Shown here in pieces: positions 25,336 to 38,139 of a stretch of DNA of 64,000 nucleotides (position 1 is its first letter; each line of letters opens with the position of its first letter). Where the stretch lies: assembly GCF_011386835.1 (NCBI RefSeq), contig NC_088808.1, positions 16,306,001 to 16,370,000 of the forward strand. The letters run 5' to 3'. The position numbers were made by a program, and so were the translations under genes. The DNA comes from Chrysemys picta bellii (lineage: Eukaryota). Below the pieces are notes generated by a model, which was not told where the DNA came from, did not search any database, and saw only the letters and a program-made list of their open reading frames with translations.

Positions 25336-27799
25336 TCCTACCAACAGAAGTGTTTAAGCTCTACTGGTGTTATTGTCAACTGCTCCTCCATTGACTGGAG
25401 TACCAACTCCAAGGTTTGATCATTTAAAATATTTCCCCTAAACAGGCACTTTTCTGGACCACCATCCTGCTCATCAAGTATGTCAAGAGCCAAAAATCTA
25501 CTAATGACATTACCATTTGTATCCTGAACAGCAAAGATAGCTCTTCAAGAGTAACTTCAGAAGCACTGGGCTTCAGCAATTAGTTCCCAGGCAGTTAAGC
25601 TATCATAATAAAGTTTTCTCAATATGCCAGACACATGTATCACCCAACTGATGTTACAATAGGTTAAAAGCAAAACATTTCCCCTCTGGATGAATGAAAT
25701 CTCTACAGAAAAAGCTGGATCCCCCATAACAGCATGTCAAAACAATACAACCCTGCATTTTTATAGGATGAAGTCCCTAAAGTACAACATCTTGGCTATA
25801 TGCCAGTTTCCAAAGAACTGCCAACATAATAATTCAGTTACATTGCCCATTCTACTGTAAAACTGCATTAAATTCAAAATGTTTGAGCGCATCCACCAAT
25901 TAAAATTAATGTTCCTTGGAAAGAGTGCTTCACTTTACAATCAAGAAGAAAAAAATTACCTCAACAGTGTTCCTCTAGTATTATGGTTAACATTTAATGG
26001 CATTTTACTGCCGTTAAGCCCAATATTTGTGTCTAATCGATACTAAGCTACCAAGGACAGGCTAACAAGTCTGGAATATCTCTATAAGGCTCTATTGATT
26101 TCCTTTTTGAGGCGTGCAACTAACACAATCTACACAAATAATTTAGAAGGAAACACGGTAATTTAATAAACAGAAAAGGAACATGTAATTTCTCTTTTCT
26201 CAAGTGACAAAATCATTTTAACTCATTAATGGTAATTAACACTAAAGTTAGATATTTAAATTTCTGTAAAATACTATGGATAAAATAATGTAAGCATTTT
26301 AGAAAGAAAATTATCAAATAAATATTAAATCTACAACATGTCAATAGTTTCTCAAGTCCAATACGCAGATTAACAGTAATATTTTCGATCTTGGTTCAAT
26401 TTAACTTCACACTCTGTATTAGAGAATCTGGTGTTTTAAAATGAATTCCTAATAATTTGCACTTGCACACCACCCTTTATTTAAGGGTCTTATAATGCTT
26501 TACATATATCAATTACATCTCAAGGTCTAGTAGCTATAATCTTCCTTATACAGATGGTTAAACTGAGCAATTAAGTAATCTGCCTTAAATCATACAGCCA
26601 GTCAGTGGCAGATTTCAGAACTCTGATTTCAAGTCACTTGTTCTAACTACTACATAATATTTCCTCCCCAAGTATACCATTAACAGAATTTTCTAATGCA
26701 ATCTTGATTCTGTTCTAACTACCACCATTACCACCCATCCTTGTACATGTCACAAGAATGAAAATTTGGAAGCATCACTTTAGGCATAATAAAAAATGTA
26801 TCATATAACCACTGTAGAATAGTATAGTGCTTTATTTCTGTGTTTTAATTCAAAGTGAAATATGTAATTATTCTCTTGAATATATGCTATGTTTCTTTCA
26901 AAAATTTCACACCACACACACTGCATTATGCAACATCCACTGAAAGTCTGAAAATTCAACTTCTTTCCCTGCTGAAAGTGTTTACAAGACTTTGTTCTGG
27001 TTTACGCATTAGGAATTTTGTTACTAGCAAGATTAATTTTAACAACTCCAGGAACAATGTTTAAGTCTGCTGCTACAGAGCAGCCATACAACTTTAAGAC
27101 CACCAGGAATAGGGGTTGATGGGGGTTAGACAGACATAGTGCCTCTCCACACTCCCTTCAAAGCAGCAAAAATTCTCTACCAGATGATTAATTTTAAAAA
27201 GGTCAAACCTTGGGCATTAACTACTTGAAAACGTCCCTTTAAGATAAGAAGCATTTTTCCTATGAAAGTGTTCACCTACGCCATCGACATACAGTATGCA
27301 ACACATTTACTGTTCCAATGGAATCAATGGATATACCTTAACAGGCATTGCCTTGGGCATGCACAGGGCTAGGGTACACAAATGACACCCCAAGGGCAAG
27401 GAGGATGGATAAATATACAGAACAAGCAATAACCTCACAGAAGCAGCGGATGAAGGATCAAAGGTACATCCGACTCAAAGAATGAGGTGGAGCTCAAATG
27501 TTCAGAGAAGATGCTAAATGTATTCCAAATTCAAACATTGCTACAACTGGGATGATAGCTATTATATTACAAGCTTTAATAGATTAAAATTAAATTAGCC
27601 TAGAAGTCATGTATCCAATATAATTGTGTATACCTTATAAAACAGACTTTAATTAGACAATCACCTACTTTTTTCCACAAGACCACTGCATCATTCAGTG
27701 CACAGAATGGACAGCACACAAGGCAGGGTTGCTTAGTGAATGAAGCTGTTATCCGTAGGTCCCTGGCCTCATTTGCAGCAGAAAATTAAATATGTTCAA

Positions 27800-28210
27800 C
27801 AGGAAGATGGGGCATACAGGCCTTGCAGTTAAGGCACTGGACTGAGATCCAGGAGAAAAGAGTTCTGTCACAGATGTGATGTTAGATTAGTCATTTAAAA
27901 CAAAATTTGCAGAGGTAGTCACTGATGGTTCATTTTTGGGGAGCTCTACCTGAGACATCTCCCTAGGGTGTAATTTTCAAGACTGCTGAGCACTCAATTC
28001 CAACTGAAGTCAATAGGAGTTGCAGGTGCTCAGCACCTCTGAAAACATAGGCTACCAGCATCTTGGGCACCCAAAGTCAGTAGGCACTTTTGTAAATTTT
28101 GGCCTAAATCTCAACGTGCTTCAGTTCCCTACTTATAAAATGGGGATAACAATACTTCCCTTCTTCACAGGGAAGTTGTAAAGATGAATTCATTAACATT
28201 TGAGAGCACA
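27800..28210 (+). mobile_element. MIR/CORE-type SINE with palindromic MITE inserts
   Basis: Head GTTAAGGCACTGGACTGAGATCCAGGAG and tail CTTCAGTTCCC...AAAATGGGGATAA separated by ~250 bp of palindromic insert. Confidence 0.55.
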
Positions 28211-31200
28211 ACAGAAAAAACCATGAAAATATTCCATACTCAGTGCAGCATTTGGACAGCATGAAGTAAATAAGATATGGGAGTATACAATGAATGGTAA
28301 ATGTAAGTATTAAACAGTTGCCTCAATTTCTGAACACCCCTCTTCCTATGCACTGAATCAGGCAGGGTACTGTGTAAAAAATAGTATATGATCATATAAT
28401 TAAAAGCTAATACAATGCTTACAAACAAGGAGTCAGAGTTAAGGTTGCACAGGCAATCTTCATACTGGCCTTTCCTAACTTTTGAACACTTGGCTTTGCC
28501 ACCTTAATGTAATTTTAATATAATTTTTGTATGAAACATATATGGATATAAAATGTCTCTATTAGTCAGTATTTCAGTCTAACTTAAATGATTTTTAACC
28601 AGTTCCTCAAGTGTAAAATTATAATTGCAGTACTATCTTCCTATAAGATTTTTCTGTGAATTCTAACGTAATACAGGGATGCACACTAGAAAACAATGAA
28701 AAGTATTATTCTGCAGGTGAAGTGCTAAGTGGTCTAAGTAATATCAGACCACACATGCACATGCCAGGATCCTTGAAACATTCACTGTAATCTTGGATTT
28801 CTAAACTGCTTGGCAGAGCAAAGTACAAAAATGCAACTGTCCATATGTACATGATTACTGAAACAGAAAACAATTTCTAATCATTAGGCAGAGCTCAAAG
28901 AGTCCTAAAAAGATAACTGCTGGCTCCAAGGAGCACCATAACTTACCAACATCTGATCAGCATTTCACCTACAGGAAGATGCTTAATTCTTTTCTTGTTA
29001 AATCAGAATGCACAGGAAGGTCAATTTGGGAAATGGTACTTCAATTATAATTAAAAGCTTCGCTTCCATTCTTAAAGAAATGGTAAAATATATATAACTC
29101 CATATATTAGACCTAAATACTGACTAATGGAGACATCTCTTGTCTCCATGAGCTCTAGGACCAGGAATTAACTCAATTGAGCTATATGATTTCTGCCATT
29201 ACTTAAAACAATAAGTCATTAGCCAAAGCAAACAAAAAGCCATCTAATTCCTCCCTTATAAATGATCAGTTTCAACTTTCAATATTTATACCGGCTAAAA
29301 TTTGTAAGCTCTGCTAGGCAACACCTGTAAAAGTAAAGTTCTTTTGAAGATTCATGTGTGTTTAATTAATACATTTAACAAGCTGTTTTGTGTTCCCAAA
29401 GAACACAGCTGTCTCTATTACATGTACAACTTTACCATCTGCAAAAACTACAATAAGTAAATATCAAGATAGCAGGTGTTAATAAAGAGCAGCCAAGATA
29501 ACTCTTCTCTAGGGAAAGAATTAATTCTTTCATTATAATCTTCTGTAGCCCCGGAGCAGGCAAACCTTAGCTGCTCAGGTCTAGAAGGAACAGGTTTTGT
29601 GGTTCAGGGGAACAATAAAGTAAATTCTTGGGGTAAATCTCTGCAAAACCACAACTATTAAGTATAAACTAAATACATGGCCCCAGGCCAAAGCCTTAAG
29701 ACACTAATTGCCATTTGAAATGTGGGCCTCCACATAATATTCATTAACCACAGTTATACACATTCACACTTGATGGATAAAATGAAGCTAAAATTGTCAA
29801 GGGAATCCTTAATTTCCCATTTTAATATTTAGATTTCAAAGTGAGAATTTTCTGTTGAGGTCTATAAAATAAAACATTCCCATACACAAAGTATTGCAAA
29901 TCTATTCATTTAAAAATGAATTAAGATATAGTGTATTTTCACTACTTTTCTCCCGAAAGGTAACTCACTTATTATTGATATTTTATCATATATATTAGTC
30001 TACTACCTAAATTCCCATGGTTTTAAAAGTTAAACGGGTATGTATGGCTCCATGCAACAGCAGAAGGCTTTTACAAGTGCTTTCCCTGTGCTTCATGGAT
30101 GTCTTTTGGAATCCTACCCTAGCGCATGTGCGCGCACACACACACATGCCCCACCTTTCTTTATCTTCCACAAGCAACCAAGTGATTATTCGTGTAATAA
30201 GTAATGCATGAACCATCAAAAGAAAAAGGGAGAGGGAAATGCCCTCATCTCATCAAAAATACAACAAGCAACCCACAAAGGGGTCACAAATTAAAAATTA
30301 AATGCAGATAGAGAAAGTTCATCCACACATTACCGCTACTGAAACTTCCCTTCCAAACTGGGAACACATATAGTAGGAGAGGAGGTGGCCAAAGACATAT
30401 TTTAAAGTTATACTAATTACATTTATTCACAACACATGTTTATCAATGAAGAAAAATTAAGCACCAGCATGCTTGAACACCATTAGAATCTTTGCAGCTA
30501 CAGGCAAAGCCACTGGATGGCTAAAGCTGTCACACGGGTGACAGATCTGCTGTTAGTAACTAAGGTAATCTATATACCAGTGCCAAGTGCTGCAAAGACA
30601 GCAGGAGGTGACTGCAGATTACAAGAAACTCAGGAAAGGAAGTTAGTAATGCTTAGAGATGCATCAAGCAGACAATAACTAGTTAAATAAATAAATTTTG
30701 CATTTATTATAGACTAGATTTGTACAATATGTTTCCACTAAAAAAAAAATCCCCTCTCCCAAAAGACAAGTATCTATTAGCACTAAATTCCACCTAATTT
30801 ATAAAATGTTAACATGCATTTGCACTCTGAAAAATTATTGCAAAAATGACAATGGGGCTCTGTGGGTCTTAATAAGACTAGATCAATTTGCTCAGTTTAC
30901 AAATGAAAAGTCACCTTCCAAATTCATCCTGGAATCTGAAAGTCTTTCTTGGTCAGGCATCACCAGTAAGAAATCGTCTACTTCTGGAACATATAACTGC
31001 TTACTTTACGGCCCAAAATAATTTTTGCTAATTTTTATTCCTGATACTGCTACAGAACCTACACAGCTATGTAAAAGAGATGGATTCTGCTCTTTCTTGC
31101 GCATCATCAGAATTATTAGCTAAGTTCCAGTTGCAGACTCTCTTACCAGTAACGAACAATATGCCATACACAAATCAACCTCACACTCTCCCCTAGTTGT

Positions 31201-32075
31201 AATGGCTCCGGAGTGCTCACAAGGGTACAAAGTAATTTTTGTTATTAAAACAAAGATACTTTCTAAAGTAAGTAGATATGTATAACAGGTTGGCAACATT
31301 TGCTTGAAAAACCCACTGGAAGCCCCCAAGCCTGGAGAGAGGGATTGGGCTTGATTTTGTATTTCATTTTAAATTTGTCAACAAAACAAAACTCAGTAAG
31401 GGGGTTTTATGTCTCTGACTATACCCAGGAAGTAGGTCTGCTAAGTAAGAAAGTCAAACCGCTGATGATAACTACACTTTAAACAGAAAAAATCAGTTTA
31501 GGGGGGGAAAAAAGAAATCACACTTTAAATTAAACTAACACTGAGTTTTGCATCAGACTAGAAATTCTGTAGCACTACAGATAAATTAAAATAGAAGATT
31601 GTATTGAATTAAAAATGAAAATTCACAATATGATCAGTAGAGTATTCCTTGTGGGGTTTATTTTGCTATTCAATTTAATGTATACAGTCCAGAAGTGGTA
31701 AATATAGAACAGATGTTTATATTTACAGTACAGAGGTACATACCAATAATTATCAGGGAAGTGTGAAGCAGGAAGTTTCAGCTGCAAGACAGGGGACAGT
31801 TTTGGCATTTGGGAAGGCATGGGAGGCAGGTGAGGCTTTTGGCAATGGGAAAGGGATGCATCTCCAGTTTCTCTCTCGCAAGGAGGTTTGGAAGGGACTT
31901 AAACTCCTAGTTCTCCACCTCAGCATCCTACTGCCTTCTGCCACAAAGTCTCATACTTCCTCCAAGGACAAATAAGGGCATTATTAGCTGGATATTTGTG
32001 CTAAAATGATCAACAGTTTGAATAGACGAGACAAAGTTATTATTAGGTTTCAGAGTTACACCCCACCAAGAGAAA

Positions 32076-32791
32076 TGTGGGCAGTTCTGCAGATGACTCT
32101 GATGAAGCGAAGAAACTGCCTGCCAGCACAGAAGGTGTTAAAGAGGACCTCTGGGCCCAGTTAACCCTGCCCCATTGTACTTGCAGCCAGCGCCAGGCCT
32201 GGAGGGGGAAAAAAAGGAGAGAACCTGGTTCAGTTCAGGGCTGACTGGCAAAGAGACAGGAGCTAGCTGCCTCCCTACCTGAGAGGAAGGATCACTAGCC
32301 TGCCAGCCAAGGCAGGAAATAAGAATGGTCTCCTTGGTTAAAAGAGACCGTGAAAGAGACTTCAGAGCAGCGGGCCTAAGAGATAACTGGGTGACTAAAG
32401 CACAGAGACCTTGGGGGGTTCCAGCTCTGCCAAACTTATGGCTGCCCTGCCCAGAGGAATCTGGGACCGCAGCAGGACACCACCCAAGGTCCACAAGGGG
32501 ATGCTACTTAGAGAGAAGCCACCACAGCAACTTGGATTATAGGAGCCACCCCACAAACTGAAGGGACAGCAATAGGAAGCAACCCAGGACAGTAGACAGA
32601 CTCCCCGCTGGGAAGTCCCCTGTTCAGGGGTTGACTCACACAGGGCACTGGGCTGGGACCTGGTGGAGTGGGAGGGCCCAGGTCCCCCTACCCCACTGAC
32701 TTAAAGACTGAGTACCTTGACCAGAGAAGCAAGGGGCAGGTGGTCAAGAGTTCCAACCACTTGACCACCTGGCCCTCCACACCCCATTACA
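32076..32791 (-). mobile_element. probable solo LTR
   Basis: GC-richer block bounded by TGTGG...TTACA (minus start TGTAATGGGGTGTGG); no TSD seen. Confidence 0.5.
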
Positions 32792-33040
32792 ATGACAATA
32801 CAACATCAGTTCATATTTGGAAGATTATCTTCACAAACAATTAAAAACTTTAAAATAAATTAAAGCTTAAATTCTGTTTCATAAGTTCTGCAGCCTTGAT
32901 AATGTGAAATGCATAGGGTTCTGCCTTTGTAGCAGACCAAACATTATATACCAATGCATACCAAATACCCCACCTATTATTTAATTACTTCAGAGTCTTC
33001 AAAAGATCTATTCATTAGCAATTTGATACATATATTTTAC

Positions 33041-33185
33041 CTTGTTTGACCATTTATAGGCCTGAAGTAGTTGACTATAGAGAGGAGTTTTGTCCTGTAC
33101 AGGATCTAGGCTCAACAATCCACTATTATGGAGAGGATGGTTCTCAGATGGTTTGCCTACTAGATTGCTCAGACGTTCCAGTTCA
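33041..33185 (-). CDS. MED27: MED27 coding exon 2 (145 nt)
   Basis: Acceptor ttttctacttctag|T, donor AAG|gtaaaa. Translates as (S)ELERLSNLVGKPSENHPLHNSGLLSLDPVQDKTPLYSQLLQAYKWSNK, the recalled MED27 segment. 206+145=351 nt keeps the frame. Confidence 0.96.
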
Positions 33186-33624
33186 CTAGAAGTAGAAAAA
33201 CAAACACCTTTTATGTAAGATCTGCAGATAGTGTGGAGTGAACAATCAAGTGTGCATGTAAGATATGGTCCTTACACATGTCACAATTTAAAAAAAATAA
33301 ATCAATGTAGACATAAAAATTTAAAAATGCTTGTCCAAAGCTCAAGGCAATTTGACAAGCATTTAATCACCAGCATTAACCAAAGAGTCACAAATGACCC
33401 ACACCCCCAAACAACAATACTTTTCCCTCCCCAAAAACCTGGGTAAACAGATGGGGCTTTGTAACATGTCCTGAAGATTCAGAATATTTTGGACAAGGGT
33501 TGGTAGAAATTCCAAAAACCAGGGGCACTCTTGGAGAATGTCCTTTAAACAGCACCCTCACTTTGAACCAACAGCCCCCCAGCTTGAGTACCTCCCTGAC
33601 TGTAATTGCTGCAGTACGACAGGG

Positions 33625-33890
33625 GGCTGGTCTACACTCCCACAGTAAATCGATCTAAGTTACACTACTTCAGTTATATGAATAACATAGCTAGATCCAC
33701 TTACCGCAGTGTCTACACTGCACTGTGTCGACGGGAGGCACTCTCCTGCCGACTTCCCTTACGCTTCTCAGGGAGATGGAGTACACAAATCAGTGGAAGA
33801 GCGCTTAGCACGTCTTCACCAGACCCACTAAATGGACACTGCTGCATCTAGCGCAGCAGTGCCAATTTAGCCAGTAATGTAGACAAGGCC
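33625..33890. mobile_element. Harbinger-type MITE
   Basis: GGCTGGTCTACACT ... AATGTAGACAAGGCC termini with internal GTCTACACT copies. Confidence 0.65.
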
Positions 33891-34830
33891 AGAGAAGTGG
33901 CCTCTCTCAAGTAGGCAGGTCCCACACTATTTAATTGAGGTATTGGAACTTAAAAGTTCTTTCCCTTAAATAAACAGAGGTAATAATGCAGGACCTGATT
34001 CTGCAGCAGATCCTGAAAAGCTTATTAATGCATGGAAGAAGTCTTTAATTCATAAATTCTCAGGGCAGGGATGTATCATATTTTTACAAATGCCATGCAC
34101 ACTTCTAGATCTATATAAAATACTACTAAACTGAAACACTATGGTTTATTATTGTTACCCCCAAAATATTCCTACTATAGTGCTTAAGTTTAGTTTTTGC
34201 TGCTTACATCTCATTTATCAAACATCACATTTAGTGATAAAAAGTTAATGCATATTTTAAATATCCCATAATCTTTATAAACCCAGAAATTTTCCATAGT
34301 GCTGAAATACAACATTACAAATGACAGCCATAATCAGGTGCCTTTTCCTTTGAAGGGTGAAAGCCGAATCCTGCTATCATTGAAGCCAACAACAAAACTC
34401 CCACTGAATTAAGAGCAGGATTCAGCCCTTAACGCAGTGATTTGAGAAATTCTTAGCAGGAGAGAAGCCAAATGAAGGATCCAAAGCTGAAGAACAAGGA
34501 GAACAATAATATACTTGAAAATATCAAAATTAAAAAGGGAAAATACTAAAAGTGGAGGGAATATTGCCTTTGCAATTCTTTTCCTCTTTGCCTGTATTCT
34601 GTCCATTTAGGTTGTCAGCTCTCTAGGAAAGCGACCTGTTGTCATATATGCCTATAAAGCACCTCCCTCACTTTTGGATACTATATAAAAAAATAAATCA
34701 CATACAAAAGCCTTGATTAAACATTAGTCAAGGTTGTTTATCAACATAAACTGAAAAATAAAGGAACAAATAGTCAAGGGACCCAAGCAGTTTCCCTGCT
34801 GCAACATCATCCTTCTTCATAAACTATCAT

Positions 34831-35357
34831 TAAGGCTGCAAGTCTGTCACGCAGGTCACAGATTCCATGACTTTCTGTGACCTCCATGACTTCTGCAGCG
34901 GCCAATGCTGGCTCAGAGACTGCCCAAGCCAGGCAACCCCTGGGTAGCAACAGCAGTTTGGGTGTGTGGGAGGGGGCTAAGGGCAGGGGGTTGGAGGGTG
35001 CAGGCTCCCCAGTTCCCACTGGCATGGCCCTGAAGTTCCTAGGCAGAGCCATGGGGCTCTACACGCTGCCTGCACTGGTGGTTCCCAGCCAATGGAAGCT
35101 GCAGGGACACGTGGAGCTGGGTAGGGAGCCTGCCAGCCCCGCCAACCCCCCCAGCATCAGCAGGGGTCCTGGGCCACCTCCCCCAGCACCAGCAGTGCAC
35201 CCGGACCGCCCCGAGTACCCACGGCCCTCCACCCAAATTTTAGTTACGGCTATATAGTACAAGTCATGGACAGGTCACGAGCCGTGAATTTTTGTTTACT
35301 GCCCGTGACCAGTCCATGACTTTTACTAAAAATACCCATGACAAAAACGTAGCCTTA
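34831..35357. mobile_element. hAT non-autonomous element
   Basis: TAAGGCTG / GTAGCCTTA termini, perfect 8-bp TSD ACTATCAT, subterminal CCATGAC/GTGAC repeats. Confidence 0.82.
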
Positions 35358-36537
35358 ACTATCATTCCCTCTGACTTACATGTCCCACACCACCTTAAGG
35401 CTCCATCCTGCAAACATTTAGGCATGTGCTAGCTTTACTACTGAAAGTAGACAAACTGAAATAAGTGGGATTACTCACAGTAGTAACATTAAACATAAAT
35501 TGCCTTTTAATGGCATTATCCAAAGTCCATTGACTTCAACAGGCTTTTGATCAGATCCTTGTTTCATTCAGTAATTTAAATATGCTATCGTGTCTAAAGC
35601 ACCTCTCTCACTTTTGGTTGTTAAATAATAAACAATAAAAATGATATCTATCCAATTATGTTGCAAACTTCAGAAAAAATCATTAGATATTTATAGAAAT
35701 GGGTGGGAATACCTTCGCTAGCTAAGATGTGAGACAGGAAAATATTTCAGGTAACTTACTGACAGACACTTTGTCATCAAATTTGGTTGGCTAATAAAAA
35801 AAAAAAAGTGGCACAATTTTGGAACTTCCCAAAATGCAGTTTCCGTGTGTGTGGAAGGGGAAAAAAAAAAGTCAGCTGAGTATTGTCAAAATATAAATTT
35901 AGCAAAGTAGTGGAGAAAGCCCTCCAATTTATCTGCATCTTTAATTTTCTTGTTTACAAGGAATCAAGTAGGAAGCTAGTTACCTTCACAGCCTCACTAT
36001 GATCATATTGATTTAAGTGCAACACAGCAGCTCATACGGAAGAGCAGTAAGTAATAAAATGTCACTTGTCTGGACTGAGTTCTTGGTTACCCTAGGTTTC
36101 GAAATTATATGATTTTCCCTAGTCTACAGAGAAGTTACTGAATGTTTAGAGCCAGTGAAATTATTTATAACTTTTACAGCACTACACTTTACAAAACAAA
36201 TAAAGGCAAAATCTTGGCCGAAAACAGCTTACAGTCTGAGGCCTTGGTCTTGTAAAGGGATCTGTTCAAGTAGCTCTTAGCTAGCTTCCTTGTATTGTAT
36301 TAATTATTATTATTATAACTATTGATCCCTTTGCAGGATCAGGTTCTATGTTCAAATGAAAATAGCAGATGCATAGGAGCACAAAGGCAAAAGCAGAACA
36401 AACAGCCACTTAGATTAATGTACATTCGTTGAGAGTTACTTTTCTTATTTGTATAAAAATATAAGATTTGGTGGGGGGAAATAATTTCAATGGCTTCCTA
36501 TCCTACGAACAAAGTTTAGCATCACTGTTAAACTAGT

Positions 36538-36718
36538 TTCAGAGTGCTAGCCATGTTAGTCTGTATCAGCAAAAACAACTAGGAGTACTTGTGGCACCTT
36601 AGAGACTAACACATTTATTTGGGCATAAGCTTGCATGGTCTAAAACCCACTTTTAGCCCACAAAAGCTTATGCCCAAATAAATGTGTTAGTCTCTAAGGT
36701 GCCACAAGTACTCCTCAT
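36538..36718 (-). mobile_element. Penelope-like fold-back insertion (copy B), MED27 intron 1
   Basis: Perfect 52-bp inverted arms 36581-36632 / 36664-36715; 12-bp TSD TGTTAAACTAGT at 36526-36537 and 36719-36730; hammerhead core decayed. Confidence 0.8.
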
Positions 36719-37821
36719 TGTTAAACTAGTGTATCCCACAAATTTCTCCTCTTTCACTTAGGTCAGTGGTTTTCTACTTTTTTTTCATTTGTGGAGCCCT
36801 AAAAAAATTCAAAAGGAGGTGCAGACCCCTTTGAAATCTTAGGCACTAGGTGCTGTACAAACAGAACAAAAAGACAGTCCCTGCACCAAAGAGTTGATAA
36901 ACTAAGGCCCTGATCCTCAAAGGTGCCTAACTCTCATTAACTTCAGTGGGAATTAGGTCAGTTAGGTGCCACACAACTGATAACTGGGCTCCCCACCTCT
37001 CAGTTCTGATGTACCCTATCAAAACTCAACCTTCAGGATGAATTTGAAATGTAGCTTTTAAAAGAGATGCTGTTAACTTTAAAACACAAACAAAAAGTTA
37101 CTTACTAACACCTATTAAAACAGAAAGAATTCTGAAAATCTAATCTACTTCTATTTACACTCTTTGTTTACTTTTTCATGGTCCAAACCTAAAAAGGCAG
37201 ATTCTGTTCAGTGTCACTCACTTGCCCTCAGTTTCACTCTGAGGTTCTTAGTGCTAAGAGATTTTTTATTTTTATTTGATTGCAAACGCTGCAGGGGAAA
37301 CATTTGCGCCAGTAACACATCCAACTGGTCCTAGCCCTGACATAAGCTTGTTTCCCCCAAACTAAGTGGACGTTCAACTTCAAGTCAAGTCAATGTCAAG
37401 GCAGGAGTGAAAGGTAACGGCCAGCCCTCCACCCACCTTGTTGAGCTTGTCTAATCACATTTCCTATTTAAAATCTCTCTCCCCGCTTTTTCCGCGCAAA
37501 GAGCAGTGACACGGACGGTGCCGCGCCCGAGGCGGGAGCCCCAGGGGCTCGCTGGTTCACGGGATGGTTCCAGCTGAGGGTGCCCCTTCCAATCCTGGCT
37601 GTACCCGGCCCAGCCTCCCTTCCCCGAAACCAGGCTCTCGCCTCAGGCCCCAGCTCCCCTCCGAGTACCGGGCACCCCGGGGTGGCTCCCCCGCTCACAC
37701 CTGGCTCCGAGGCTCTGCCCACCATCTCTCCAGCGTGCCGCGTCCCCTCAGCTCCCGTCGCCCCCAGGTCTCGGCCCCCTAGCCCGGCCCGGCGAGCAGC
37801 CGCCCCCGGCCCCGCACGCAC

Positions 37822-38027
37822 CTCAAGTCCCGGCTGACCGAGTGCAGGCTCTCCTGGAAGCAGGCGACGAAGCTCTTCTCGCGGCCCTCCAGCGTCTCCT
37901 TGTTCCGCATCCCGTCCTTCAGGCAGTCAAACACCCGGGTGACGCTGGAGCGCAGCGCCTGGATGGCGGCGATGGCCTGGGAAAAGGCCTCCAGGTTCAC
38001 CCCGGGGCTCAGCACCCCCTCCGCCAT
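37822..38027 (-). CDS. MED27: MED27 coding exon 1 (206 nt)
   Basis: Translates as MAEGVLSPGVNLEAFSQAIAAIQALRSSVTRVFDCLKDGMRNKETLEGREKSFVACFQESLHSVSRDL, matching the vertebrate MED27 N-terminus I recall (VNLEAFSQAI.AIQALRSSV.RVFDCLKDGMRNKETLEGREK). ATG at 38027 in an AAGATGG context; donor AG|GTGCGT at 37822/37821, phase 2. Confidence 0.96.
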
Positions 38028-38030
38028 CTT
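38021..38030 (+). promoter_or_regulatory. YY1 motif overlapping the MED27 start codon
   Basis: CCGCCATCTT (AAGATGGCGG on minus) matches the YY1 consensus CCGCCATNTT. Confidence 0.55.
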
Positions 38031-38114
38031 ACCCCGCAGCCAGCCGAATGGGCCTCCCCGCCTGGCAACGAGAAGCGCCGGGAACACCACGGGGCCGCGT
38101 CGGCCCAGGGCAGC

Positions 38115-38129
38115 CTGGGAAATGTAGTC
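38115..38129 (-). promoter_or_regulatory. ZNF143/THAP11-type ACTACAnnTCCCAG motif
   Basis: Minus strand reads GACTACATTTCCCAG about 90 bp upstream of the ATG; an RFX-like half site CCTGGCAAC lies at 38061-38069. Confidence 0.55.
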
Positions 38130-38139
38130 CCGAGGGGGT

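Noticed and set aside
32095-32125. CTGATGA...GAAA hammerhead-like motif
   Set aside because: No stem II can form between the core halves and there is no stem I pairing.
1-33040. MED27 exon 3 (expected LQYHAGLASGLLNQQSLKRSANQMG...)
   Set aside because: I scanned the minus strand by eye for the expected codons and splice sites and found none; it probably lies beyond the left edge.
34807-35262. ORFs of 65-126 aa on both strands
   Set aside because: Inside the hAT element 34831-35357; GC-rich internal sequence explains the open frames.
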